Shown here: positions 11,987-22,241 of the stretch, piece after piece
Layout of the letters: the number at the start of each line of letters is the position of its first letter
Position numbering within the stretch: the first letter of the stretch is position 1
NCBI GenBank assembly: GCA_023334545.1
Contig: JAADVB010000101.1
Span: 1-59,844 of the forward strand
Source of the DNA: Salisapilia sapeloensis CBS 127946
Lineage: Eukaryota > Protista > Oomycota
Direction: 5' to 3'
Length of the DNA: 59,844 nucleotides
Translations under genes and position numbers: made by a program
The notes under the pieces: generated by a model
The model's input: the letters and a program-made list of their open reading frames with translations, nothing else
Databases searched by the model: none
What the model was told of the DNA's origin: nothing

Positions 11987-12991
11987 TTATCGGTTGCCAA
12001 TTTCCGACTGCCACGAACGAGCATTTTCAAATCCGTTCTTGGCACGTTGGAAGTCGCTGATCGTACGGTGGATGTCCTCTTCCGTCGACATGACGAACGG
12101 ACCGTACTGGACCACCGGTTCGTTCAATGGCTTGCCCGTCACTAAAATAAATTCCAGTCCTTCTTCACCGCCAACGGCACGAATACCGTCGCCGTCGCCG
12201 TTTAGCACCACAGCTTCATGGGACGTAACGTCCTGGTCGGACACCTTACCGGATCCACGAAGCGTGTAGACGAAGACATTGTGGCCCTCTGGCACAGAGT
12301 GGTCAAGCTCTGCGCCCTTTTCCAGCTGGAAGTGGATGTACGTCACCGGGGCTTGAGTCGAAATCGGACCTTCGACACCTAAAGCCTTACCGGCAAAGAT
12401 GATTGCCTGAATCTTGCCACTTTCATCCTTGGCACGCGGAACACTGTCTCGGTCTACTTCCTGGTACCGAGGTTCCATCGTCTTTCGGTCCTTCGGGAGG
12501 TTGATCCATAGCTGGAGACCATGCGCAGGCACTTCCGACGCCGGCATCTCGGCGTGGAGAATGCCTCGGCCAGGCGTCATCCATTGCAAGTCGCCGGGAC
12601 GAAGCTCACCCTTGTTACCAAGGAAGTCCTCGTGACGCATGTGTCCTTTGGACCACGGAAACACGTACGTGACAGTTTCAAAGCCACGGTGTGGGTGATC
12701 TGGGAATCCTCCAGGCAGACCAGTGTTGAACTCGTCTAGCATGAGGAATGGGTCGAGGTTACGGAGCTTGGCCGAGCCAAGGGACCGGCGGACAGTGGCA
12801 CCAGCGCCTTCGCTTTGCTCCTTTGCGACGAATTTGAGTCCAATCGAACGAGGTTTAAACATGTCTGTAGTTGCTTGGAAGTCGGGTGTCTGGATCATAC
12901 AAACATCGTCGTCAGTATCACATTCAGAGTTACCGGTGGTGAGCACCAGCAGCATCGCAATCAGGAGCGAGAGGAACGAAAGCGACGTCAT
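11987..12991 (-). CDS. Pirin (bicupin) with a predicted N-terminal signal peptide
   Basis: EGAGATVRR, DPFLMLDEF, GFPDHPHRGFETVTY, GDLQWMTPGRGILHAEMP, LQLWINLP, GKPLNEPVVQYGPFVM. Iron ligands H-H-H-E are intact. Hydrophobic leader MTSLSFLSLLIAMLLVLTTG. Confidence 0.93.
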   Translation of the reverse strand: MTSLSFLSLLIAMLLVLTTGNSECDTDDDVCMIQTPDFQATTDMFKPRSIGLKFVAKEQSEGAGATVRRSLGSAKLRNLDPFLMLDEFNTGLPGGFPDHPHRGFETVTYVFPWSKGHMRHEDFLGNKGELRPGDLQWMTPGRGILHAEMPASEVPAHGLQLWINLPKDRKTMEPRYQEVDRDSVPRAKDESGKIQAIIFAGKALGVEGPISTQAPVTYIHFQLEKGAELDHSVPEGHNVFVYTLRGSGKVSDQDVTSHEAVVLNGDGDGIRAVGGEEGLEFILVTGKPLNEPVVQYGPFVMSTEEDIHRTISDFQRAKNGFENARSWQSEIGNR

Positions 12992-13399
12992 GTTGCAAAA
13001 TCTAGATAAAGTGGACTTCAGTCGTTTCTCCCTGATTGCGACACGTTGAGCTGCGTGCCAAAGGATGCGTATGGAGTCGTACCTCGTGCGTAGCTCGCTG
13101 GAAATCGAGAAATGAACTTAATGGACAGGTAGAAAAGAGAGATGATGTGATATCAAATAATTATGCATCTTTATGTTGATGACGCAATCTATATATTTTT
13201 AGTTTAAGATAAACAATATTGTTCCAGATAATTACCCACACCACGTAAGAAGTTGAGATGAAACGATTCGTACGACGTTGTCATCGACTGCAAGCTGCGT
13301 ACAATAGATGCCAGCCTACCAAGTATGCATTCTCGATATTTCGCACGATGATGCAGGTATGCGAAAGAAGGATTCTAAATAGAGGACGGGGTGATGCTG

Positions 13400-14600
13400 G
13401 AATATAATGCCGTTAGGGGCTATATTTCCAATGCAGCCAATGCTTTCTGGATTGCTGCATGAATTAAAAAGTATTTTTCAATGATGTCAAGTCAAGGTTC
13501 AACGTCAGATAAACAAGCTCGAATCGAAAGCGATATGCCATTAGAACGTATAGGATCTATTTGTTCATTTTGAGTGGCGCGCGAGAAGTAGACATTTGTT
13601 AGGAGGATTTCAACAAAGTATTTTAGCATCCATATTAAACCTGCCAAGCTCTCGAAACATGTTAAACCAGGATAAACCCGTAGCAGATCCATACGACTTG
13701 AACTTGATCAGAGAATTTGATCGGTATTTATCTATATACGCGTCGAAACACTGAAGACTATCCTACAGTCCAAGCAGCATGACTATCTTGACTGGAAACC
13801 GCGCTACCATGGACCGATTTCTCATAGACACTGGACTTCTCGTCTCGTGCTTCTTGCTAGGAAAATGGATGCTCGTGGATGGCAAGTCTCGCGTAGATGA
13901 GAATGCGATTAATGCACTAAAGCTACAGGCTAATGCAAATGAGGTCGGATGTATCTTGCCAAAACTCGCGCTGGCTTGGTCCATTTTGAATGAGAGGTCT
14001 CCAAAATGATCCTCTGTGATAACTTGATGCAGCAGATTGAGGAGATTTTGAAAACGTTGGACTTATTGGACAAGATCGTGCCAGGCGTCGATGCTAAGAT
14101 CAATGAGATCTTAAACTGTCGTCCAAAGGCACTTTCCGATTTCAAATAGAAGCAATGCACTTTTGGATACTCATCACTAATGCGATTTAAAGTAGTTCAT
14201 CGAGATGGAGTGGAAGAAGAGGTATGGAGGTTTCCGGTAACCTACAAGTGACTGTAGAATTTAGCGGCCTCGAGAGAAATGAATGCACCTTTCTTTGCGT
14301 TTTAAATATAATAGAATCGTGTACGAGGACTCTTGGTAAGTGCACGGTGCGTCCATTTCCATCCAAACGACGAAACGGAAAGCAAAAAGCAAATCCCATA
14401 AGCCAGTACGAGTCAAGAAAGTACTTTTCGATGTAATATGTAAAAGTAGCCTCCGTTCGTAGCCTACAGTATTCCCTGACTTCAGAAAACACTCTCTGCT
14501 CCCATCCATGACGAATAGTAGTCCGCCGACAGGTTTTATACACACTATCGAGCTGTATATCTGCGTAGAGAAAGTCTCTGACACTTCCAAAAGCGTTCAA
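13400..14600 (-). pseudogene. Unresolved multi-exon hypothetical gene or decayed coding relic
   Basis: Protein-like frames (..FTYYIEKYFLDSYWLMGFAFCFP..; ..LLLFEIGKCLWTTV*DLIDLSIDAWHDLVQ*VQRFQNLLNLL..) are broken by stops. No family recognised. Confidence 0.25.
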
Positions 14601-14769
14601 ACTTTCCTAAGATTCTAAAATCCAATGTATCTCCTAGCTTGTAAATACACACAAGCATAAGATGAACCACACGATAAGTCCTGGACCCTGAATCCCTCGC
14701 CAAGATGTCGCTTCACCAGCTGCTTTTCAATGCAAAGAAAATAAGATGAATATCTTTTTCTGCCAATCG

Positions 14770-14779
14770 AGCCAATCAG
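14770..14779 (+). promoter_or_regulatory. CCAAT box upstream of the alpha-kinase gene
   Basis: AGCCAATCAG, preceded by a second CCAAT at 14763. Confidence 0.5.
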
Positions 14780-15042
14780 TGGTGCGAAGAGGCGAAAACC
14801 AGCCGAGCGAGCTCTTCAGGTCGCAAACAGCGCAGTCGCCACCACTCTTTTTCCATCGCACTGTCTTCTCTTTCGTTTCTCCCTTTTACCCTGTACCGTC
14901 CCCATTTCCATCCTATCTAAACACCTTGTAACGACCACGAGCCCTGTATTCACGGACCAGGTGGCAGATCTTGAAACGCAGGACGACACGATCGTCTCTC
15001 CATTTGCACACAAAGCCAACAGATCTTACGGAAGAGAAGGGA

Positions 15043-16818
15043 ATGAGGGAAGATAGAGGCCCGCTGCCGGTTATAGGTGAAGAGATGCGTGGCCATCGAG
15101 ATGATACGACGTTCCTACGGTCGCCACGACTACCATTTAAAGTCTCGTATTCCTTCTCGGAGCCACGATCGTCTCCACAAGCGTATGCAAATGGAGACGC
15201 GGCACTGCGTCGACGAGTCCATAGTATCGATATTTGTTCCAAAGGTAGTGAAAACGCTTTTCCATCCCCGAGACTTGATCGGAGTGCTCGTATGGCTGAA
15301 AACGCACGCTTATCCATTCGCCGACTCGCGCATCAGAATTACTTTGTATCTTCCACTCCGCCTAATGACCAGCTCTCACCGTCTGCTTCGTCCACCGTTT
15401 CGTCCCCATCTAGCTCCCCCACACAGGTAGCACACAACCCATCTCCGTTCGAACGCCGTCGTACTCGATCGGAAGCAGGCACGAAAACGGTTGCGTTCTC
15501 CGACACATACCAAGATCGTATTTCCGAATACGACAAAGAGTCTGAAACGGACGAAGGAGATCGGAAGAGGTGCTATCGATATTCGAGTGCCGATTTCTCT
15601 GACTCGTCTTACTCTAGCTACACGTCCGACTCGTTTCCACCCATGGCGCGTTCCGTCTCGTCCGATTATGAAGTCCAAAGTGTCGATAAAATGAGAAATT
15701 TACAGCAGTTACTACAAGAAGGGTTTATCACCGTCACAGAATTCCGTGACCGGCGTCGACAACTCGTGGACGAACGGAGTGTCATCGATCCAACATGTCC
15801 AAAAACGTCGGAATTTGCCATCTCCGACATGCCAGTGATCTATCGCGACCCGCCAGACTTTTCCAAATTACCGGAACGAGATGCCATTAAACACGTTTTT
15901 GATTCCGAACATCGAAAGTGGACGTACTCGCGCATTAAAGTAAAAATCGACGCACAGCCATTTGCTCGTGGAGGTCTTCGACAAGTCTTCCATTTACAGG
16001 ATCTAAGTGACGATTCGCAATTACGTCAGAGCAATAGCACTGGCAACGCTGGCATCACCACAACACACTACGTTGCGAAAGTCGCGATTGATCCGAATGA
16101 GGATCCTGCAACCTACTTTCGAGACGTTGAGATGCAGGCTGTCGCGTCTAAATTCGCTCGAGAGTATAACAGTTACTATCCGCCTCGACGTGTCGAGTTC
16201 TTAGAAGCGTGGATCTTACAGCTCATGCCAGAAGATTCGAATCGACGAGAAGATGAGCATGTGACATTGCGAGGTACGATCTGTGGCGTCGAACCCTTCA
16301 TTGCAGGCGAGTATCATAAACATAACAACAACTTTGGATACGTAAGTGATTTGGAACGCAACACTCCACAAGCTTTCTCCCATTTTACGTACGAAGCATC
16401 TGGACATGAGATTCTCGTTGTGGATATCCAAGGTGTTGGTGACCACTACACCGATCCACAGATCCATACACGTCGAGGAAAGGAGTTTGGCAAAGGGAAC
16501 TTGGCTATGCGAGGTGTCGCTCGCTTCTTGGAATCCCATCGATGCAATCCAATCTGTCGGTACCTCAAATTACCACTAAATAACCCGATGGACGAGATGA
16601 CTGGACGGCCGGATCCGAAAGGCACAGTCCCAGCGCAACGGTATATGAGTCAACCAAGTGTACGCATCGATACGGTGGATAGCGAGTTGTGTCATTACTA
16701 TGGCGAATCTAATGCCTTTCGTCGATATCATGCCCAAAAAGATAAGAACAAGTGGTGTATGGGTGACTGGCACTCGATGTCCTCTTGGTGTGGACTCAGT
16801 AGCTGCTGTATATCCTAA
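15043..16818 (+). CDS. Alpha-kinase (eEF2K/myosin heavy-chain kinase family) with a SHOCT-like motif and a Cys-rich C-terminus
   Basis: PFARGGLRQVF, YVAK, VEMQAVA, VEPFIAGEYHKHNNNFG, PQAFSHFTY, VVDIQGV, YTDPQIH, FGKGNL, HRCNPIC. First in-frame ATG is 15043, just after an INR-like TCCATTT at about 14999. Confidence 0.93.
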   Translation: MREDRGPLPVIGEEMRGHRDDTTFLRSPRLPFKVSYSFSEPRSSPQAYANGDAALRRRVHSIDICSKGSENAFPSPRLDRSARMAENARLSIRRLAHQNYFVSSTPPNDQLSPSASSTVSSPSSSPTQVAHNPSPFERRRTRSEAGTKTVAFSDTYQDRISEYDKESETDEGDRKRCYRYSSADFSDSSYSSYTSDSFPPMARSVSSDYEVQSVDKMRNLQQLLQEGFITVTEFRDRRRQLVDERSVIDPTCPKTSEFAISDMPVIYRDPPDFSKLPERDAIKHVFDSEHRKWTYSRIKVKIDAQPFARGGLRQVFHLQDLSDDSQLRQSNSTGNAGITTTHYVAKVAIDPNEDPATYFRDVEMQAVASKFAREYNSYYPPRRVEFLEAWILQLMPEDSNRREDEHVTLRGTICGVEPFIAGEYHKHNNNFGYVSDLERNTPQAFSHFTYEASGHEILVVDIQGVGDHYTDPQIHTRRGKEFGKGNLAMRGVARFLESHRCNPICRYLKLPLNNPMDEMTGRPDPKGTVPAQRYMSQPSVRIDTVDSELCHYYGESNAFRRYHAQKDKNKWCMGDWHSMSSWCGLSSCCIS

Positions 16819-16843
16819 TGAGCCTTTGGTCTACCATTTTGCC

Positions 16844-17971
16844 CTACGTCCAGTTGTGATTTACGACCAGTTCGTTTAAATTTGATAAAATGAAAGTTGC
16901 ATACCTTTTGCTTGTTCGTTGCATTTCCAGTCGTTGAGAGATGACTTGGACGTGAGTTGAGAGTCTTTGAATGCGTTCAGAGATGGAGAGATGGAGCATC
17001 TTGTGTCGTAATGGAGAAGAGAAGCGATAGCAGCTCTCGATATGGTCTGTCTGATCCAATGCGACTGCATAAGGAAGGACATTGTGCTTCTGATGATACA
17101 TGTCCAAGTGTTCCTCCGTATCAAAGACAAGGAGTTCTTTTATTATGCATCTGATCACTGTGTCTTTTAAAGGAGACATGCAAGGCAAGACGCGCATGTG
17201 ATCGAAAGCGTAGCCGAGACAACCTGGGGAATCAACTGGAGGCAAGTCGACTGCAGGCCAGTGAGGATTGTCTACTGGAACAAAGGAGAGTGGACCGCTG
17301 TACGAAGTGTGCTGGCGGAAGGATCGTACGTGCGTCGGATTGGCAACCAAGACCAGGTTCTGTGCTGCCGAACGACGGGCTGCAACTGCCCGAGCGATTC
17401 GGTCGTCATCAAACTCCACAATGTCGTGGAAGGTGGCGATGATGCCTGTGTCGCCTGTAGTAGAAACGTACATTTCGATGGCACGTTGCTGTGGCTCGAT
17501 CGTTTGGCAATGGTAAAGCTCATCCCGTAGCTCCTTTTGGTAACTACAAATATACTTCACCAAAGACAGATCTGTATCTAGTTCATGTATAGCATGTGGG
17601 TAGTTGGCTCGAAGCAAAGCAGAAAAGAGAGTTTCTTCGTGCTGTAGGAGAAAGGAGTTAAGTGCTCGGTTTACAGCTCCAAAGCGCATGAGGGACTGGG
17701 CGTCTAGGAAGGAAGCAATATGGAACACCACATCTGACGGATGTTTAAATATGATGCTCTCCGATGCAATTGAGTCTTTGAATACGATGCTCGACGAACT
17801 GGATGGAGTAAATGGTGTACACTGCACGAAAAGCGACTGGACTTGGCTAGAAAGCTGTTGACTTTCCGAAATAGAATGAAAGTTCTCATGCGCTTTCGCC
17901 CATGACTTTTTGATTCGAAGCACTCCATTTTGTACGAGGTTAGATGCTTGGCTAGTACTAGACCACATCAT
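16844..17971 (-). CDS. F-box protein fused to an SMCHD1/DMS3-type SMC flexible-hinge domain
   Basis: F-box-like FKHPSDVVFHIASFLDAQSLMRFGAVNRAL at about 17752-17612. Hinge-like GIIATFHDIVEFDDDRIARAVA..LSFVPVD..PGCLGYAFDHM..LKDTVIRCIIKELLVFDTEEHLDMY..AVALD at about 17449-17018. Single exon; first ATG 17971. Confidence 0.75.
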   Translation of the reverse strand: MMWSSTSQASNLVQNGVLRIKKSWAKAHENFHSISESQQLSSQVQSLFVQCTPFTPSSSSSIVFKDSIASESIIFKHPSDVVFHIASFLDAQSLMRFGAVNRALNSFLLQHEETLFSALLRANYPHAIHELDTDLSLVKYICSYQKELRDELYHCQTIEPQQRAIEMYVSTTGDTGIIATFHDIVEFDDDRIARAVAARRSAAQNLVLVANPTHVRSFRQHTSYSGPLSFVPVDNPHWPAVDLPPVDSPGCLGYAFDHMRVLPCMSPLKDTVIRCIIKELLVFDTEEHLDMYHQKHNVLPYAVALDQTDHIESCYRFSSPLRHKMLHLSISERIQRLSTHVQVISQRLEMQRTSKRYATFILSNLNELVVNHNWT

Positions 17972-17987
17972 GTTGGACTCTGGATGC

Positions 17988-18080
17988 GAAAGGATGAATG
18001 AGCGTAGTAGCAGACATTGATGGAAGACACGACTTTCCAAGATCTGATGATCATTTTGGTCTGGCAGGCACTGATTGGCT
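17988..18080 (-). promoter_or_regulatory. INR+FPR-like element and CCAAT box of the F-box/hinge gene
   Basis: Minus strand GCTCATTCATCCTTTC at 18003-17988, 17 nt before the ATG. CTGATTGGCT at 18071-18080. Confidence 0.6.
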
Positions 18081-19846
18081 TAGCTCCGCCAAAGATAGCT
18101 ACCGAGTATGGAAACTACTCCAGTAATGTGGAAACTTGGCATCAAGTACGACCTGAAATACATTTGGTTTATCCAAGTAGATGACGACTGGTCTGCATGA
18201 ACTAAATAAGATATCCTGGAGTGGATTTGTTTTGTAGGTGGATATGCCACTCGATATAGTCCAGAAGAAAGCGGGCATGATGGTAGCCAACTCTTGAGCA
18301 ATAGGATGCGAACAACGTTTCAAGCAATATGTTTGGCTTGCGTGGATGCTCAAGTATAAGACTTCAGCGTCAACTATGCAAACGAAATATTAATGACAAA
18401 AGATATGCCTTCGCTATCCGATCCTGGCACCAGGAGTCGATCGGGTCAGCTTTGCTGGAACTGCTTTAACTTTGATACTTGTCCTAGGTACATATCGTGG
18501 AGAGTGAAAGTAGAAGAGAATGAGATATTATGAATGCAAACACGATGGAGCTATTAATAGAAGCGACTGCATTGATGTTGATTTTTATCCATCACCAGAA
18601 ACATGATAGTGTAACGTGGCGCCAAGGATTGTTATGATAGATAGCGATCCAGGCTCGTTATGTTCAAGACGTAGGCTGATCATGTGCAAAGTATTTCACC
18701 TTCATAGTGGCATTACTCGCGCGAGATCATCTTAGCAGGTTCAAACACGCCTGTAGATTATATCAAGTACAACGCAAATTTTTCATGCTCAAATTGTACT
18801 TCTCTGAAATCTACTGTTCTTTTACTTCATATAGACATGAAGTTATGTTCCTGCTTTACACGCATATATGGCATTTACGAATGAAGCCTTATGTGTGCGT
18901 GGCCTCGTAACCGGCAACCTGATAGCTGAAACTTGATTTCTTCGTCATTTTAATGCAATAGCAAGTAGCTTCACTTAATTCACAACAAGCAATATTTGCG
19001 GGATGTTTACTGGTGCAGCCTAACCAGTAATCACCGGTATGATTCCAATATATCTACGCAAGACTCAATAGAATCTTCCAAAGAGCGATCATGTTCATCC
19101 ACTTGCTCTCAAACTTTATTTGCAAGGTAGCGTACAATTAGACGTCGTATCCCTCGCCACGCAATCTTCTACCGAACGTCTTCTGTGAGCACGCCAGTTA
19201 TTCTGTTCACCCGAAGTCTACTTCGCAAACTGGAAATAGGAGAAGAACAAATGAGAATATCTTGTTCGTCTTGAGATCCAGTAGCCTCTGGTGAAACCTC
19301 CATGTAGAGGTTTCTGGTAATCTCCAGAACATAACCTTCTACAATAAAAGCACCAACTACCATTTCGGCATTCAAAAAGCATTATAGCTTTCATCTCAGT
19401 GACATACTGGCATCGATATTGACGTCCATAACTAGGATACCTACTTTCGCTTTGTCGTTTTCACAAATCCAGGGTTCGAAACGCGATTTCTTCATCACAA
19501 TCGCACTTCTAGACAGTCAACATTCTGTTCGTATGCTCGCAAACGTCGTCCTCTTATTTGGGATTCACTCTCACATCGTGAAAGAATGTCATGGCCTTGG
19601 ATGACCCGGATCCAATAGATCATGATCCATTCAATCCTGGTCACCAGTGGTCCGAATCTTATCTCTTAAGAACCATCCATGAGTTGTACAAGATGATATA
19701 ATGAACAATCCTTGGTCTACTTTGATGCAATGTCGTTCTGCACAAGGTCCCAATCATTTCCAAACTTGCTGTCTTCATCTCAAGAAACTTTTAGCCAATT
19801 GATCAACTACCTGGAAACGTCTCACAACTAACATCGCCCTTACAAA

Positions 19847-20383
19847 ATGAACCGCTGCAACTCACTTTTGCTTCTCTTCATCGTGTTATCCATAGCATAC
19901 GACATGGCTAAAGCGTATTCGAAGTTCGAGGCTCCAATCCCTTTGTACTATATGATCAAGGGGCTGAATACCTTTCGGGAAGAAAATGGGTGGAAAGAAT
20001 TTAAATTTAATATGAAGGTGCATAGTGCTACAACGCTACTAGTCGAGAGACTAGCCAACGCCGGTAGTGTGAAGTTTAACGCGAAGGATGTGAAGAAGGA
20101 CCTCGAAATGTCCAAAATCAGCTTTCAACACGCATTAATATATGCAGTATCAGTCGAGTGCACAGAGTACAAAGATAAGTTTGAGGAACGGGAGTGTATG
20201 GAGGATGCGTTGATAAAAGCTAAGCGAAAGAGCTTTATGAAAGATACTAAGAATGAATACATTGGTGCAAGCTATAAAACAAAAGGAAAGCTTCAATACT
20301 GGGCGATTATCAGCCTAGCATCACACGACTTAGATGAAACCTATTTTCGCATAAAGGGACTTGGACCAAAGCATCTTGAGTAA
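19847..20383 (+). CDS. Secreted protein with a divergent CAP/SCP-like domain
   Basis: Signal peptide MNRCNSLLLLFIVLSIAYDMAKA. LNTFREENG..FNMKVHSAT and YIGASY..YWAII resemble the N- and C-terminal CAP motifs. Single exon, AT-rich. Confidence 0.55.
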   Translation: MNRCNSLLLLFIVLSIAYDMAKAYSKFEAPIPLYYMIKGLNTFREENGWKEFKFNMKVHSATTLLVERLANAGSVKFNAKDVKKDLEMSKISFQHALIYAVSVECTEYKDKFEERECMEDALIKAKRKSFMKDTKNEYIGASYKTKGKLQYWAIISLASHDLDETYFRIKGLGPKHLE

Positions 20384-21498
20384 GCGCCTCAGTCTGCCGA
20401 AGGTGATCCCTCGACAGCCAGTGACGATCCAAGTTGACCAAGATAATGTATGGATGCAGCTCCAGCTTCTACATGAGATTTGCACTTATCTTTTACTCAT
20501 CAAATCAAGTTTCATTTTGTATGTCTCCATCAATACTTTTTGTTCTTTGGGTTATGTCTCTGCCAAGTCCATCATGAAATAACCGAATCCGTCATTAATA
20601 CAGTCGATTGCCTTTTACCAGTAGGTTTTGCATCCACGTTGCCACTTCTAGTAGCAACAGTGCAGATCCTTCAAACGACGAGAATCTCTACGTTACCTGA
20701 TATACTTTCATCTTATTTGGTCACAAGTCGAAGAGCCTTAATTTCATCAAGAAAGCGAGAAGAAGCCAATATGTTAATAGCTTCTAGCTTCGTAGCACTG
20801 ATAGTAGACCGAGGTCACGCAGTTCATTGTTGTCTCGGAAGTGCATGGTAGCGTAGATTATTGTGTTAGTAGTCAAGTAAGAAACCACATCATAGCAGAG
20901 CTTGCAGAGCTCTCGAAGGCGAAGATAAAGCGTTTATTGCATTGAGAGCTACTGCGTCTCTGGAGTCTTTTCAGCCAAGGCATAAGATCGATCAATGGTA
21001 AGCTCCGATTAGAGGAGCATTTCAGTAGCACGCTACGTATAAAAAGGCTTATGCCTCGATGTTCAACTTGTTATTGTTGGGCATGACAAAGAGACAAAGA
21101 TTTCTTGCCCATGGTATCTGTAAAAACCTTCTAATCACTATTAATGGCAGGTAATGAAGCTAGTCATTCTTACACTGCTTGGACGCCGGGCAGTTAAGCT
21201 GGCTGGCAATCTAGGCATCTCCTACTGGAACCATCTTTCTCGATGGAGACTACAAACACCATTTCATCATGCAGCAGCGTGATGTACCCATGCAAGCGAC
21301 CGAAAGAGATCAAACTTCTATAAAGGATATAGGCTCTTATATATTGATAAGGACACGTACATTCTCAGCAAATGCACCCAAGAACTACTTGATTCAGATC
21401 CAAAGCAGTCAAACGTGATGAAGGACACGTAAAACAACCAGAACGTTGCTGCGTAATAAAAGAGAAATGCACTCGAGCGTAAAGATTTCATTATGGAC

Positions 21499-22197
21499 TT
21501 ACGCCGAACTATCCTCCACACTTTGATCGTCCTTGAGACAGATCGAGTAATGGGAGCTAAATTCATAGCACTCGAGTCCTTTACCACATTTAGCTTCGTG
21601 CGATCCACCACACTGCTCATACAACGATGCATTCTTGGTCTGGAGAGGATACGGCTTTGGTGCACACTCCTTCTTCATGTCCGAGTTGTAGCGGCAGTAC
21701 TCGTCATCCTCACAGCTTTCACACAATTTCGGGTCCTTCTCTCGTCCAAGACGTACCGAGTCCGATGGACGGCAGGTACAATCTGTGTTTTGGTAGTCGT
21801 CGCAAAGGCACTCAAACCCAAAGAGACATTGTGTCGGGTTCTTGTCCATGGAAGTCAAGTGGCACGTCTGCCATGGACCCGTGTACTTCTTGTCAATGGT
21901 GTCCAAGAAGCTGCTGTCTCGTGGTTGGCACGTCTGCGGCGTCGGTCCGGGGTTTGTGGGCGACGCAGTCTCTCCCGTCTCCTGACATTCGTCCGCAAGG
22001 TCAGCGCAGTAGCCTCGTTTACCGTCCGTAGGGCATTCATCTGAGCCATTGACAATGGTAGTCGGCATGAATTTCAAGTGGTGGTGCTTGTGATGATGCC
22101 TGTGGTGCTTATGTCCACCATGCCCTCTATGGTGATGCTTAGCATCCACAAGAGCGAGGAGCACTAGAACGAGTGCAATCAATAGTGTCGACTTCAT
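21499..22197 (-). CDS. Secreted His-rich / Cys-rich protein with a C-terminal CBM1-like module
   Basis: Signal peptide MKSTLLIALVLVLLALVDA, then KHHHRGHGGHKHHRHHHKHHH, a Cys-rich core, and YEQCGG..KCGKGLEC..HYSICL (CBM1 pattern QCGG..C..G..C..YSQCL). Confidence 0.85.
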   Translation of the reverse strand: MKSTLLIALVLVLLALVDAKHHHRGHGGHKHHRHHHKHHHLKFMPTTIVNGSDECPTDGKRGYCADLADECQETGETASPTNPGPTPQTCQPRDSSFLDTIDKKYTGPWQTCHLTSMDKNPTQCLFGFECLCDDYQNTDCTCRPSDSVRLGREKDPKLCESCEDDEYCRYNSDMKKECAPKPYPLQTKNASLYEQCGGSHEAKCGKGLECYEFSSHYSICLKDDQSVEDSSA

Positions 22198-22223
22198 CTT
22201 CTCAGTCGCTTGTGATGGTCGAA

Positions 22224-22241
22224 GCAGATTTGAAAATGAGG
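22224..22241 (-). promoter_or_regulatory. INR+FPR core promoter of the His-rich/CBM1 gene
   Basis: Minus strand CCTCATTTTCAAATCTGC, about 27 nt upstream of ATG 22197. Confidence 0.65.

Noticed and set aside
19465-19490. GGTTCGAA T-loop-like motif (also GGTTCGACCC at about 29339)
   Set aside because: Flanks do not form a 5-bp T stem, and there is no acceptor, D or anticodon arm.
19847-22197. RxLR-dEER or LxLFLAK effector motifs in the secreted proteins
   Set aside because: None found after the signal peptides of the CAP-like, His/CBM1, pirin, SET or YWTD proteins.
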